From positions 19,223-83,222 of the forward strand of contig JAZOLZ010000001.1 of assembly GCA_045653505.1 (NCBI GenBank): a DNA stretch of 64,000 nucleotides. Direction: 5' to 3'. The stretch is from Eubacteriales bacterium (GTDB lineage: Bacteria; Bacillota; Clostridia; Oscillospirales; CAG-272). Below the pieces are notes generated by a model. The model worked only from the letters and a program-made list of their open reading frames with translations. It was not told the DNA's origin and did no database searches. Shown here one piece after another: positions 10,298 through 20,485 of the stretch; positions within the stretch are counted from its first letter, which is position 1, and each line of letters begins with the position of its first letter. Made by a program: the position numbers and the translations under genes.

Positions 10298-11648
10298 CTA
10301 ATGCTTTGTATATTCTCTCAATTCGTGTTTTTCTCGAGCCCTTTGCTAATATTATCTCATCCTTTATCGCGTTGCATTTTATTTGCTGTGCAGTGATTTC
10401 GGGGGCTTCGAGCATATCATTAACAAAAATTCTGCCCGGCTCCATTCCGGCAACTATTGCCGCTTCTTTTAAAGTATGAGAATATTTACCAAATAAAAAC
10501 AAATGCGAAAAATTCTCTTTTGCCGCGGCTTTGCCGATAATACGGTGTATTTCCTCGGATTTTTCACCGAGTTCATATATATCGGCAAGCAGGGCGCTTT
10601 TAGGCTCATCAAAATCACGCATCAATTCAAAGTCTGCTAAAACAGACTCAAGAGATGAATTGTATGAATCATCAAGGATTTTAAAATTCTCAAAATCAAT
10701 AATTCTTTGACGTGTCATTTCATTTGTGATTTTTGCTACACCGTTTATCAGTGTAAGATTATTATTTGTAATTGTATCCGCAACCGATATCGCAAAGGCA
10801 AGGCAGGTAAGGTTCTGCTTTCCAAAAATGCTACACATTGGTATGTTGCAAGAATTGTTTTCTGAGTGGAATGTAAAGGAATATCCCGATAGCGTTCTTT
10901 TGATATTGTCAAAATAACAGTTTGCATAAGGGTCATTAGCAGATATTTTTATCCCATCTTTTATGGATAAAAGATCTTCTTTATAAGGGATAAAGGTTTG
11001 TTTAACCTTGCCACAGTCAAGTATTTCCAGCTTTGCCTTAGCAATATTTTCTCTTGAGCCAAAATTTCCAATATGAGCAGTACCGATATTTGTAATTATC
11101 GCAATATCCGGCAAGATAGCGTAAGATATTGAAGACAACTCACCAAAATGATTCATTCCGCATTCAAGAATTAAAATTTCTGTATCGCGTTTTGCGCTGA
11201 GAAGGGTCAGGGCAACTCCTATTTCACTGTTATAATTGCCGTTTGTAGCGTGTACTTTGTATTCCTCGGATAAAATTTGTGCTAAAAACTCCTTTGTAGT
11301 TGTTTTGCCTACACTGCCGGTTATGGCAATAGTATGTCTTAGACAGATAAGTTTTTCTTTATAAGCATTTGCAAGCATTAAAAGTGCACTAACAGAACTT
11401 TTAACACAAAAATCGGCTTCGGGGCATTCGGCAATAACTAAGGCTCCCTTTTCTTTTGCTTCATTTATGAAATCCGCACCGTTTACTTTTTCGCCCTTTA
11501 TTGCTATGAAAATAGAATTTGGAGTGCAGAGTCGTGAGTCAAGGACAACGGTGTTAAAAAATCCTTTTAAGAACAAATTTTCTTTGCATACGCCAAAGAG
11601 GCGTGTGATTTCTTCATCCGAAAAGGGGATATCAAGCGATGCCTTCAT
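10278..11648 (-). CDS. murF: UDP-MurNAc-tripeptide--D-Ala-D-Ala ligase
   Basis: 456 aa Mur ligase with ITGSVGKTTTKE. Sits between murE and mraY. Confidence 0.9.
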   Translation of the reverse strand: MKASLDIPFSDEEITRLFGVCKENLFLKGFFNTVVLDSRLCTPNSIFIAIKGEKVNGADFINEAKEKGALVIAECPEADFCVKSSVSALLMLANAYKEKLICLRHTIAITGSVGKTTTKEFLAQILSEEYKVHATNGNYNSEIGVALTLLSAKRDTEILILECGMNHFGELSSISYAILPDIAIITNIGTAHIGNFGSRENIAKAKLEILDCGKVKQTFIPYKEDLLSIKDGIKISANDPYANCYFDNIKRTLSGYSFTFHSENNSCNIPMCSIFGKQNLTCLAFAISVADTITNNNLTLINGVAKITNEMTRQRIIDFENFKILDDSYNSSLESVLADFELMRDFDEPKSALLADIYELGEKSEEIHRIIGKAAAKENFSHLFLFGKYSHTLKEAAIVAGMEPGRIFVNDMLEAPEITAQQIKCNAIKDEIILAKGSRKTRIERIYKALGEKDDG

Positions 11649-13114
11649 TTGAAAACGGCCTCTCTTTTACGCATCAGTGCTTCCTTGATAATGCTTTTTT
11701 CATCAAAATTACGATATTCATTTTTATCTATAATGTATTTTTCGTGTCCCTTACCGACAATAAGTATCACGTCATTTTCCTTTGCTATCTCAAGGGCATA
11801 TTCTATAGCGCATTTGCGGTTAGATATTACCCTGCGATTGGCTTCTTTGCTAAAGCCGGAAAGTATGTCTTTAAAAATCGCACAGGTACTTTCAGCGCGC
11901 GAATTATCTTCCGTTATAATACAAAAATCTGCGTATTTTTCAGCCACGGCAGCCATTTTTGGTCTCTTGGTTTTATCGCGTTCTCCTCCACATCCAAAGA
12001 TTAAAATGATTTTCTGCCCTAAAGTATTATTCGATTTTATCATTTTTAATACATTTTCAAGCGCTCTTTCTGTATGGGCATAGTCAATGTAAACCAGAGG
12101 TGCTTCATTTACCTTTTCCATTCTTCCCTCAATTGATTCAATATCAAAAAGTGTTCTTTTTATTATTGCAGGATCAATTCCAATATGCAGTGCTGTGGTA
12201 ATTGCTAAAAGTGAGTTGTATACGTTATATATACCGCACAGTTTAAGATTGATTAGCATATTTACGTTTTTGCTTGAATACAGATAGCTTAATCCTTTAA
12301 GATTTCTATTTTCGATTCTGCGTGCATTAATGTCGCAGTCGTATATCGCTCCCACTGTAATTTTTTCACACAGCGTTCCTTTGATGATTTTTTCAGCATA
12401 ACTGTCATCTATATTAAATATACCCACTTTTGAGTTATAAAATAATTCTTTTTTTGCTAACGTGTAATTATCCATATTTTTATGGAAGTCCATATGCTCA
12501 TATGAAAGATTTGTATAAACGCCGACGTCAAACGTTATTGGAGATACCTTTTTGAGTGCAAGTGCATGGCTTGATACCTCCATCACTACGTATTCGCATC
12601 CGTTTTCTTGCATTTTTCTGAGCGTTGGATATAAAATATGAGGATCCGGAGTTGTCATAGAATAAAAATTATCGCACAGACATAGGTTGTTAATCAGGAT
12701 TTTACCCGTACCGATAAAGCCTACACCCTTATTGGCGTTTCTCAGTATTTTATATATCATAGTTGCTGTTGTAGTTTTGCCGTTAGTACCGGTTACACCG
12801 ATAAAATGCAGTTTTTTGAAATCCACACCCTCTTTCCTGGCATACGCAAATGATAGGGCTTGCCGTGTGCTTTTAACTATTATTTGGGGAATCTGACAGT
12901 TTTCTATCCATTCCTCGGTTACAATGGCACAAGGTTCCCTTGAAACAGCATAAGCAAGGAGTTTTTTTGTGTCGTAGTTATGGCCTTTTATAAAGAAAAA
13001 TAAATCTCCTTTTTTTACCCTATCCATTCGGTATTCAATGTTTTCTACTTCTATATTTGCACTTTCAGACGTCAATGCGCATTCGGTTTCGTAAATAAGT
13101 TCACAAATCTTCAT
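11645..13114 (-). CDS. murE: UDP-MurNAc-L-Ala-D-Glu--2,6-diaminopimelate (or Lys) ligase
   Basis: 489 aa Mur ligase with GVTGTNGKTTT. C-terminal GKGHE motif. Confidence 0.9.
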   Translation of the reverse strand: MKICELIYETECALTSESANIEVENIEYRMDRVKKGDLFFFIKGHNYDTKKLLAYAVSREPCAIVTEEWIENCQIPQIIVKSTRQALSFAYARKEGVDFKKLHFIGVTGTNGKTTTATMIYKILRNANKGVGFIGTGKILINNLCLCDNFYSMTTPDPHILYPTLRKMQENGCEYVVMEVSSHALALKKVSPITFDVGVYTNLSYEHMDFHKNMDNYTLAKKELFYNSKVGIFNIDDSYAEKIIKGTLCEKITVGAIYDCDINARRIENRNLKGLSYLYSSKNVNMLINLKLCGIYNVYNSLLAITTALHIGIDPAIIKRTLFDIESIEGRMEKVNEAPLVYIDYAHTERALENVLKMIKSNNTLGQKIILIFGCGGERDKTKRPKMAAVAEKYADFCIITEDNSRAESTCAIFKDILSGFSKEANRRVISNRKCAIEYALEIAKENDVILIVGKGHEKYIIDKNEYRNFDEKSIIKEALMRKREAVFK

Positions 13115-13116
13115 AC

Positions 13117-15375
13117 CTAATCCTCAAAATCTAAATAAATTACCGTTATTTCAATTACCGTCCCCTTTATTACTGCCACACCCGGCTCAACCGATTGCGC
13201 GGTCACAGTAAGAACGCCATTTGCATTACTGCAAATATTACCCTTGATTCTTATATTTAATCCGCTGTTTACAATCAGTTTGTTTGCTTGCTCGAGCGAC
13301 AGAGCCGTGAGGGAAGGCACCTGTACGTATTTTTCAGTGCTGTTTTGGGTGTAAAGAGTTACAGTACCGTTTTCTTTTATAAGTGTCTCGCCTGCTATGG
13401 GAGATTGCTTAAGCACAGTCTCGCCATTGCCGACGACAGTATAGTTTATTCCAAGGGATTTCAAACGCTTTGTCGCAGCGCTCAGGGGCGTATCCGTATA
13501 GTTTTCAAGCGTTACTTCGTTTTTTTCGGCAGTGCTTTCATATGATAGGTAGGGCAGTATGCTTGAAAATAAGGATGAAATATATGGGGCAGCTACTACA
13601 CTTCCGTATTTTACGTTTCCTTGCGGCTCATCAACTACTATAATAACGGCAATACCGTCATCTCCGTTTGATGCAAAAGCCACGGTTGAGCCTATACGCA
13701 AATATGAATTGCCGTTTGCATCAAGCACGTCAAATTTTTCACTTGTTCCTGTTTTCGCACCTATTGTATAGCCGTTAACGCCGGCATTTTTTGCTCCCAT
13801 TCCTTGGCTTACGCCATCTTCAAGCACCTTTTTGACAGTATCGGCTACTTTCTCGGACACAACGCTTCGTTTAATTTTGCTTTGGTGCTGATATACCGTA
13901 TTACCCTTATGGTCTATGATTTTTTCAACCACGTAGGGTGTTACAAGATTGCCGTTATTTGCAATTGCCGATACAGCGCAAAGATGATTTATTATTGACA
14001 CCTTAAATCTTTGTCCAAATGAGATTGTGGCGAGTTCAGTCGGGCCGATGTTTTCTTGCTTGTGGAAAACGGTTCTGCCTTCACTGGGCAGATCTATTCC
14101 GCTTTTTTCAAAATAGCCAAAATCTTCAATGTAGTTATAAAAACTTTTGGAGCCGAGTCTTTCGGATACCTGCATCATAGTAGGGTTACAGGACATCTGT
14201 AATCCGTATGCAAGTGTAAAATTACTGCCGTGACCTGTGGTTTTATGACATTTTATACGCCAGCCTCCAACTAAATGAAAGCCATTACATGAAAATCTGT
14301 TATCAATATTTACAACTCCCGCATCAAGTGAGGATGCGACAGTTACTATCTTAAAGGTTGAGCCGGGCTCGTATATTTCACTTACCGCCTTGTTTGACCA
14401 CATTACCTCAAGGAGTTCTTTCTTTAGTTTTGCGTATTCTTCGCTCCCCTCGGTGTAACCCGAACTCACAAGCTTTTGATAGGATATACTGTCAAGAGTA
14501 TACGGATCGTTCGGATCAAAGGCGGATGAGGTTGCCATTGAGAGAATTGCACCTGTGGACGTATCCATCACAATTCCGCACACTCTGTTTGTCACACCGT
14601 GTGTGGCTCTGATCAGTTCAAGTTGATTTTCCAGTTCGCTTTGTATGTAGGGATCTATTGTGGTGATCAGGCTGTTGCCATCTGTAGCCGGGACATAAGA
14701 GGAATATTCGTTTGGCAGTGCGTTGCCGTTTGCGTCCTTGCCGTATAGGTAATATCCGTCAGTGCCGCAAAGTTCTTCCTCGTAATAATATTCAAGGCCG
14801 TAAAGTCCTTGATTGTCACTTCCCGTAAAGCCAAGAACGTGCGCGGCAAGAGTTGATGAGGGATAGTAACGTGAGGTTGAACTTTCTGTAAAAATCATAT
14901 TTTGAAGTTTGTTTTGATTTATAAATTCAAGCACCTTATTGTATTCATCTTCCTCAACCTCTTTTTTTACCGTCACGTCAAGAACGTTAGAATTTGTGAT
15001 TTTTTTAAGCAGGGAAGAATAGTTGAGAGCAAGGATTTGCGCAAGTCCCTCTGCAATTATTTTTGAATATTGTATTCCGTTTTCCTTTTCATAAAGTTTA
15101 ATATCTCGTGTGGAGATAAAAACACGCCACACAGTTTTGTTGGTTGCCAACAGATTCATGTTTCTATCATAAATGTTGCCACGCTCGGCTTTGAGGGCGG
15201 AACTTGTTGTAATCTGATCATATACCTTGTTTTTGTAGTATTCGTTGCTGAGTATCTGAAGTTTAAAAAGATTTATAAAAAGATATGATAAAAAGAGTAT
15301 AAAGGCAATAGATACGATTAAAAGTCTTTTTTTAGTAAGTGGGATTGTGTTGCGTCCCTTGGCTTTTTCGTTCAT
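13117..15375 (-). CDS. Class B penicillin-binding protein (FtsI/SpoVD type) with two C-terminal PASTA domains
   Basis: 752 aa. N-terminal TM, then the transpeptidase motifs STFK, SCN and KTGT. Two PASTA-like repeats lie at the C-terminus. Confidence 0.9.
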   Translation of the reverse strand: MNEKAKGRNTIPLTKKRLLIVSIAFILFLSYLFINLFKLQILSNEYYKNKVYDQITTSSALKAERGNIYDRNMNLLATNKTVWRVFISTRDIKLYEKENGIQYSKIIAEGLAQILALNYSSLLKKITNSNVLDVTVKKEVEEDEYNKVLEFINQNKLQNMIFTESSTSRYYPSSTLAAHVLGFTGSDNQGLYGLEYYYEEELCGTDGYYLYGKDANGNALPNEYSSYVPATDGNSLITTIDPYIQSELENQLELIRATHGVTNRVCGIVMDTSTGAILSMATSSAFDPNDPYTLDSISYQKLVSSGYTEGSEEYAKLKKELLEVMWSNKAVSEIYEPGSTFKIVTVASSLDAGVVNIDNRFSCNGFHLVGGWRIKCHKTTGHGSNFTLAYGLQMSCNPTMMQVSERLGSKSFYNYIEDFGYFEKSGIDLPSEGRTVFHKQENIGPTELATISFGQRFKVSIINHLCAVSAIANNGNLVTPYVVEKIIDHKGNTVYQHQSKIKRSVVSEKVADTVKKVLEDGVSQGMGAKNAGVNGYTIGAKTGTSEKFDVLDANGNSYLRIGSTVAFASNGDDGIAVIIVVDEPQGNVKYGSVVAAPYISSLFSSILPYLSYESTAEKNEVTLENYTDTPLSAATKRLKSLGINYTVVGNGETVLKQSPIAGETLIKENGTVTLYTQNSTEKYVQVPSLTALSLEQANKLIVNSGLNIRIKGNICSNANGVLTVTAQSVEPGVAVIKGTVIEITVIYLDFED

Positions 15376-15387
15376 AAAGGCTCCGAA

Positions 15388-15429
15388 AATAAAAAAATAT
15401 AGCGATAGCAGTATATGCCATCGCTATAT
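15388..15429 (-). terminator. Terminator or attenuator-like hairpin inside the dcw cluster
   Basis: atatagcgat (15397-15406) / atcgctatat (15420-15429). On the minus strand it is followed by a T7 run. Lies between the ftsL-like gene and pbp. Confidence 0.45.
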
Positions 15430-15460
15430 TCTATTAACTCTTTATTATCTTTATGAGAGA

Positions 15461-15895
15461 TTATTTAAGTTCAAACTCAATGTTTTCATAAATTATATTT
15501 GTAGAATCCTCGCCATAATGAGTGTTCTCTTTTACGATATTCTCTCCCTGCATATCAAGAGAACGTACTCCTATAATACAGCAAGAGAGAATGAGAGAAC
15601 AGGTTACAACAGCAGAGAAGAGTGAGGAAAGAGATGTACGGATAGGGAAGGAACTGATAGTCTTTTCCTTTGCAGGGGTCTGCTTTATAGTGAGTTTATC
15701 GCTTATAAATTTATATACAGCAGTAAGTGCTTGCTTGTTCTTTTCCTTGCTGAGTTCAACAGCAGCCTTCTTTTTAGCGGCTTTTGCCAACATAATTTCG
15801 CCAAGTGTGCACTCACGGCCATTTTCGTCTTGTACTGCAAAGGTTGTCTTGAGGTTGTTATAAAGTTTATCATATGCATTATATGTTGTAGTCAT
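15461..15895 (-). CDS. Membrane protein at the ftsL position of the dcw cluster
   Basis: 144 aa with a single TM (SLFSAVVTCSLILSCCIIGV). Assigned by position between rsmH and pbp only. Roughly 85 aa lie N-terminal to the TM and about 35 aa follow it. Confidence 0.5.
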   Translation of the reverse strand: MTTTYNAYDKLYNNLKTTFAVQDENGRECTLGEIMLAKAAKKKAAVELSKEKNKQALTAVYKFISDKLTIKQTPAKEKTISSFPIRTSLSSLFSAVVTCSLILSCCIIGVRSLDMQGENIVKENTHYGEDSTNIIYENIEFELK

Positions 15896-15913
15896 AGCAC
15901 TTACTCCTTAATT

Positions 15914-16858
15914 TCAAAGTTTTTCTGCAACTCTGAGCTTTGCACTTCTTGAACGCGGATTTTCGGTAAGCTCTTGGTTGCTCGGTAATATGGGTTTTTT
16001 GGTAATTTCTTTTATAGAAGGCTTTTTGCCACAGACACAAACGGGGAAGTCTCTTGGGCAGGTACAGCCTTGGGATAATGTCTTGAAGGATTGCTTCACA
16101 ATTCTATCTTCAAGTGAGTGGAAGGAGATAACGGCAATTCTGCCGCTTTCGGTCATTCTTGATGCAGCAGCCTCAATAGTCGGGCGAATGCAATCAAGTT
16201 CTCCATTGACCTCAATTCTTATAGCCTGGAAACTTCTTTTCGCAGGATGGGGTCCATCTATTTTGTTTTGCGTAGGGATAGCGCTCTTGATAATATCAGA
16301 GAGCTCAAACGTTGTTTCGATAGGCTTTATTTCTCTTTCCTTAATAATCTGACTTGCAATTCTTGGTGAAAATCTTTCTTCACCGTACTCAAAGAGTATC
16401 CTTTTTAAGTCCTCAAACGAGTATTTATTGACAATATCATAAGCGCTGATTTTTGCATCGGTGTCCATTCTCATATCAAGAGGAGCATTATGCATGTAAC
16501 TAAATCCACGCTCGGGTGTATCAAATTGGTAAGAACTGCATCCAAGATCGGCAAGAACACCGCCAAGATTATCTATTTTAAGATTATCAAGTACGTATGG
16601 GAGAGTAGAGAAGTTATCGTTAATAAATATTACCTTGTCGGCATATTCCTTAAGTCTATCCTTTGCTACTGCAATTGCCGTGCTGTCGCGGTCAAAGCAG
16701 ATCAGTCTTGAATTTTTACCAAGTCTTTTAGCAATTTCAAGAGAATGACCGGCGCCGCCTGTAGTACAGTCTACGTAGGTGTAACCGTCTCGTATATTCA
16801 AAGCATCTATGCATTCAAAAAGCAGTACCGATTTATGCGAGAAGGTTATGTCTGACAT
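15914..16858 (-). CDS. rsmH: 16S rRNA (cytosine1402-N4)-methyltransferase
   Basis: 314 aa with HKSVLL, DCTTGGAGHS and the MraW fold. Follows mraZ. Confidence 0.95.
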   Translation of the reverse strand: MSDITFSHKSVLLFECIDALNIRDGYTYVDCTTGGAGHSLEIAKRLGKNSRLICFDRDSTAIAVAKDRLKEYADKVIFINDNFSTLPYVLDNLKIDNLGGVLADLGCSSYQFDTPERGFSYMHNAPLDMRMDTDAKISAYDIVNKYSFEDLKRILFEYGEERFSPRIASQIIKEREIKPIETTFELSDIIKSAIPTQNKIDGPHPAKRSFQAIRIEVNGELDCIRPTIEAAASRMTESGRIAVISFHSLEDRIVKQSFKTLSQGCTCPRDFPVCVCGKKPSIKEITKKPILPSNQELTENPRSRSAKLRVAEKL

Positions 16859-16878
16859 ATGGCTGTCCTTTCCTTAGA

Positions 16879-17301
16879 TTACAGATTATATTTTCTCATT
16901 ATCTCACGCATCTTATCGTAGTTGCGTGAATTTTCTCTTTCATTCCAGAGTTCCTCAGCCCAAACCTTGATAGTCTTGCCTGCACCGACAAAAACAATCG
17001 ATTTGGTGATTTTTGCATGCTTAAGAAGCCTGTCCTCAATAATTATTCTGCCATGTGAATCGGGGACGCATTTTTGCGCAGCACCGAGAATGAACTCCTG
17101 GAATTCTTCTGCATCAGCCTCAGGCAGATTAGAGATTTTTTCAACGTATTCATCCCAATCCTTTTGAGTGTATACGGAGAGATATGCATCGAATTTTCTT
17201 GTAATGTAAAATTCGTTTCCGAGTTCGTCACGGTATTTTGAAGGAACAAATACACGCTTTTTAGCATCCATCGAATGTGTATAGTTGCTTACGAATGACA
17301 T
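16879..17301 (-). CDS. mraZ: Transcriptional regulator MraZ
   Basis: MSFVSNYTHSMDAKKRVFVPSKYR is the first of two SpoVT-AbrB-like repeats. Start set at the ATG at 17301, after a ggagag RBS. The track ORF is extended at the 5' end. Confidence 0.9.
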   Translation of the reverse strand: MSFVSNYTHSMDAKKRVFVPSKYRDELGNEFYITRKFDAYLSVYTQKDWDEYVEKISNLPEADAEEFQEFILGAAQKCVPDSHGRIIIEDRLLKHAKITKSIVFVGAGKTIKVWAEELWNERENSRNYDKMREIMRKYNL

Positions 17302-17358
17302 TTTCGGGTTCTCTCCTTTCTCAAAAGACTGAAAATGGGCTTTTTTGAGTAAAAAGTT

Positions 17359-17421
17359 ATCACTTTGCTCCACTTTAACCCACCTTGAGACCATTATACC
17401 CCTTTTATATATAAAAATCAA
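17359..17421 (-). promoter_or_regulatory. dcw promoter (TTGATT-17-TATAAT) with three MraZ-box-like direct repeats at 10-nt period
   Basis: The minus strand reads ttgatt-N17-tataat ggtctc AAGGTGGG tt AAAGTGGA gc AAAGTGAT. GTG cores lie at 17381-17383, 17371-17373 and 17361-17363. Confidence 0.6.
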
Positions 17422-17599
17422 TAGGTTTTTGAAAAAAAGTTAAAAAATTTTTGTTTTGTCAACATTTAAAAAGTCAAATGTACAAAAAACGTAACATTTA
17501 AAGTGCAAAAAAATGCACATCCCAAGTTAAGATGTGCAAAAAAACAAAAATATCTTCCAATTTTAAATTTACTGTGCTATAATATAGATAATAAAGTTA

Positions 17600-17947
17600 A
17601 TGAGGTGTATGATGTCACTTTTGAAAAGGCTTTTTGGTATGGCATCTATGGATAGTCCTAAGGCCAAACGCAAGCGCGCTCTAGATTATCACGGTACGGC
17701 AATTAAATACGTTACTGAGCGTCGCTCTGATAATGATGACGTTGTGGGGAGGGGTGGCTCTCTTGCCGTACACAATGATGAATTTGTTATCAATACCTCG
17801 ACAGATACCCTCTTTAGGTGTCCGATTTCGGAGGTTGAGATAAGTAATCTTATGAGTGGTGATGGCGCTATAGTTAAAGGACCCAATTCGCTTGAAAACG
17901 GTAAAGTGCGCACCTTGACCGTGCATTTTGTTTATTATCGCAAGTAA
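17600..17947 (+). CDS. Hypothetical small protein
   Basis: 115-aa ORF. A gaggtg RBS suggests the real start is the ATG at 17609 or 17612. No family recognised. Confidence 0.5.
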   Translation: MRCMMSLLKRLFGMASMDSPKAKRKRALDYHGTAIKYVTERRSDNDDVVGRGGSLAVHNDEFVINTSTDTLFRCPISEVEISNLMSGDGAIVKGPNSLENGKVRTLTVHFVYYRK

Positions 17948-17956
17948 GGAGTAGGT

Positions 17957-18649
17957 ATGCAGGATAAAAAACATACGACTGCTATTATTCTGGCAGCGGG
18001 CAATGGCTCACGCATGAATATGCCCATAGCAAAGCAGAGGATTGAGATTTTGGGTAAAACAATGCTTTCAAGGACACTTAGCGCCTTTGAGAGAGCCGGG
18101 ACAATTGATGATATTATAGTCGTTGCCGCTAAAGAAGATATGGCTTTTGCAAATTATGAATCATTGCAGTTTTCGAAGGTTAAGTTTATTACTTGCGGCG
18201 GAAAAACCAGGGCAGAAAGTGCAAAAATAGGTTTTATGCTTGCTAAGGATGAGGCTGAATTTGTGGCTTTTCACGACTGTGCAAGATGCCTTATTTCGCC
18301 TCTTGACATTGATCGGGTTGTTTGTGAGGCGTATGAATACGGTGCAGCAAGTGCAGGGCGTGTTATCAGTGATACCGTTAAGCAAATAGATGAAAAAGGC
18401 TTTTGCTATTCAACTATTGATAGGGATAGATTGATGCTTGCCCAGACCCCTCAGGTTTTTGAAACACAGATTTATTCAAAGGCTTTGGAAAAGGCAAGCG
18501 AAGATGTTTTATGTGTTACAGATGATAATCAGTTAGTAGAGAATTTGTCACAAAAAATAAAGATGGTTATTACACTATCAGAAAATATTAAGATTACCAC
18601 AAAAGAGGATCTTAAATTCGCAGAATTTATACTTAAGGAGCAAAAATGA
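17957..18649 (+). CDS. ispD: 2-C-methyl-D-erythritol 4-phosphate cytidylyltransferase
   Basis: 230 aa with the [13 protein letters not shown]-terminus. Overlaps ispF. Confidence 0.92.
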   Translation: MQDKKHTTAIILAAGNGSRMNMPIAKQRIEILGKTMLSRTLSAFERAGTIDDIIVVAAKEDMAFANYESLQFSKVKFITCGGKTRAESAKIGFMLAKDEAEFVAFHDCARCLISPLDIDRVVCEAYEYGAASAGRVISDTVKQIDEKGFCYSTIDRDRLMLAQTPQVFETQIYSKALEKASEDVLCVTDDNQLVENLSQKIKMVITLSENIKITTKEDLKFAEFILKEQK

Positions 18650-19140
18650 CAGCAAATATACGCATAGGTCACGGATATGATGTGCATAGGCTTGTGCCAA
18701 ACAGACGCCTGATACTCGGAGGCGTTGATATTCCAAACGAGTTCGGCCTTCTTGGTCATTCTGATGCCGACGTTCTTACACACGCAATAATGGATGCCAT
18801 TCTCGGAGCACTTGGTGAGGGCGATATAGGTAAGCATTTCCCGGATGCTCAAAAGGAGTTTGAGAATATCTCGAGCATTCATTTGCTTACCCGTGTTAAA
18901 AAAATTATGGAAAAGCACGGTGCACAAATTAATAATATTGACAGCACTGTAATTCTGCAAAGACCCAAAATTGCTGCGCACATTGATAATATGAAGAATA
19001 ATATTGCTTTTGCACTTAATATTTCACCCGATATAGTAAACGTTAAGGCCACAACTGAGGAGGGACTTGGATTTACGGGCGCAGAGCAGGGCGTGGCCGC
19101 ACACGCGGTAGTTTTGCTTTCTATAGATAATAATAACTGA
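18646..19140 (+). CDS. ispF: 2-C-methyl-D-erythritol 2,4-cyclodiphosphate synthase
   Basis: 164 aa with [10 protein letters not shown] and [10 protein letters not shown]. Confidence 0.95.
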   Translation: MTANIRIGHGYDVHRLVPNRRLILGGVDIPNEFGLLGHSDADVLTHAIMDAILGALGEGDIGKHFPDAQKEFENISSIHLLTRVKKIMEKHGAQINNIDSTVILQRPKIAAHIDNMKNNIAFALNISPDIVNVKATTEEGLGFTGAEQGVAAHAVVLLSIDNNN

Positions 19141-19166
19141 CATTTAATGAGACTTGAGAGGATAAT

Positions 19167-19823
19167 ATGATCAAAATTTCACCATCAGTACTGGCGTGCG
19201 ATTTTTCAAAGCTCGCAGATGAAATAATATCAATTGAAAAAGCAGGCGCCGATATGGTTCACCTTGATGTTATGGATGGCATCTTTGTAAACAATATAAC
19301 CTTTGGTATGCCGATCATAAAGGATATAAGAAAGGTTACCGATTTACCCTTTGACGTGCATCTTATGATTGATAGACCGGAGAGATATATTGATAGTTTT
19401 ATTGATGCCGGGGCGGATATTATCACAATTCATCTTGAAGCCTGCAAAGATACGACCAACACGCTAAAAATGATAAAAAATGCAGGAAAATATGCGGCAG
19501 TATCGATAAAACCTGATACATTAATAGAAACTGTATATCCCTATCTTCCTTATCTGGATATGGTTTTGGTAATGACTGTTGAGCCGGGTAGAGGTGGACA
19601 GGCTCTTATACCGAGCACACTTTTAAAGGTGAAAAAACTTAGTGAAAAGATCAAGGCGGAGGGCCTTGAAATTAGTATCCAGGTCGATGGCGGTGTTAAT
19701 GAAAATAACGCCAAAGAGTGCGTAGAGGCAGGCGCAAACGTACTTGTTGCGGGCAGTGCGATATTCAAATATAAAACCGTGGACGAGCGAAAGTCTGCTA
19801 TCGAAAAAATGAAAAATCAATAA
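19167..19823 (+). CDS. rpe: Ribulose-phosphate 3-epimerase
   Basis: 218 aa with SPSVLACDF, HLDVMDG and MTVEPGRGGQ. Confidence 0.95.
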   Translation: MIKISPSVLACDFSKLADEIISIEKAGADMVHLDVMDGIFVNNITFGMPIIKDIRKVTDLPFDVHLMIDRPERYIDSFIDAGADIITIHLEACKDTTNTLKMIKNAGKYAAVSIKPDTLIETVYPYLPYLDMVLVMTVEPGRGGQALIPSTLLKVKKLSEKIKAEGLEISIQVDGGVNENNAKECVEAGANVLVAGSAIFKYKTVDERKSAIEKMKNQ

Positions 19824-19830
19824 ATTAAAA

Positions 19831-19860
19831 AGGTGTTGCTATCTTGGCAACACCTTTTTA
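19831..19860. terminator. Bidirectional terminator between rpe and the NUDIX gene
   Basis: aggtgttgc / gcaacacct hairpin flanked by A-run and T-run. Confidence 0.75.
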
Positions 19861-19862
19861 AT

Positions 19863-20321
19863 TTAACTAAAATCCAATTGCTTTTCAATAAGTACATCGC
19901 CGTCGTAAATGAGTTTAAGTGAAAAGAACGGGGTTTCTTTATTTAAGAGTTCAAGGAAAATTTTGTCGCCCTCCCAAAGGTTCAGCGATAAAATTTCCTC
20001 TTTTTTAACCCATTTCAGTTCACCCTCAGTACAATTGTCCGCTAGAGTTCCCTCAAAACTATTAGAGGTAAACAGATGCATAATCTCGGTTATATCTCCG
20101 TATACAAAGGTAACAATTCCGCGATACTTTTGACTTTTTAATTTGAGCGCTGTTTCTTCAAAAACTTCACGCCTCACACAGTCAATTGGACTTTCTCGCT
20201 CTTCAAACTTACCCCCGATGCCTATCCATTTGCCCTCATTTATATCATTTTTCTTTTTTGTGCGGTGTAGCATAAGATATGCGCCATCGTTTTCTATATA
20301 GCAGATAGTAGTATTTATCAT
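19863..20321 (-). CDS. NUDIX hydrolase (MutT-like)
   Basis: Nudix box GGKFEERESPIDCVRREVFEETAL. The GTG at 20330 used by the track overlaps the gaggtg RBS, so the ATG at 20321 is preferred. Confidence 0.85.
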   Translation of the reverse strand: MINTTICYIENDGAYLMLHRTKKKNDINEGKWIGIGGKFEERESPIDCVRREVFEETALKLKSQKYRGIVTFVYGDITEIMHLFTSNSFEGTLADNCTEGELKWVKKEEILSLNLWEGDKIFLELLNKETPFFSLKLIYDGDVLIEKQLDFS

Positions 20322-20485
20322 AAAAATCACCTCGAAACTATTCTACCACAATATCTTATCTTTTTCAATAGAAAGATGTATAAGGGTATTAAAATAGATG
20401 CCAAAAGGCTTAATGACGCTCGGTTAAGTCGAGATATTGGATTTTAAAAAGGCTGTTGGTTTTCCAACAGCCTTGATTTTTTGAA

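Noticed and set aside
16879-17421. 5'-extended versions of mraZ (to 17421), rpsU (to 63054), the Crp/Fnr gene (to 33576), lysC (from 47104), the histidine kinase (from 27691), murG (to 8143) and the oxidoreductase (to 25149)
   Set aside because: The extensions run through promoters or RBSs or into upstream genes. Conserved N-termini and good Shine-Dalgarno spacing support the shorter starts given in the feature list.
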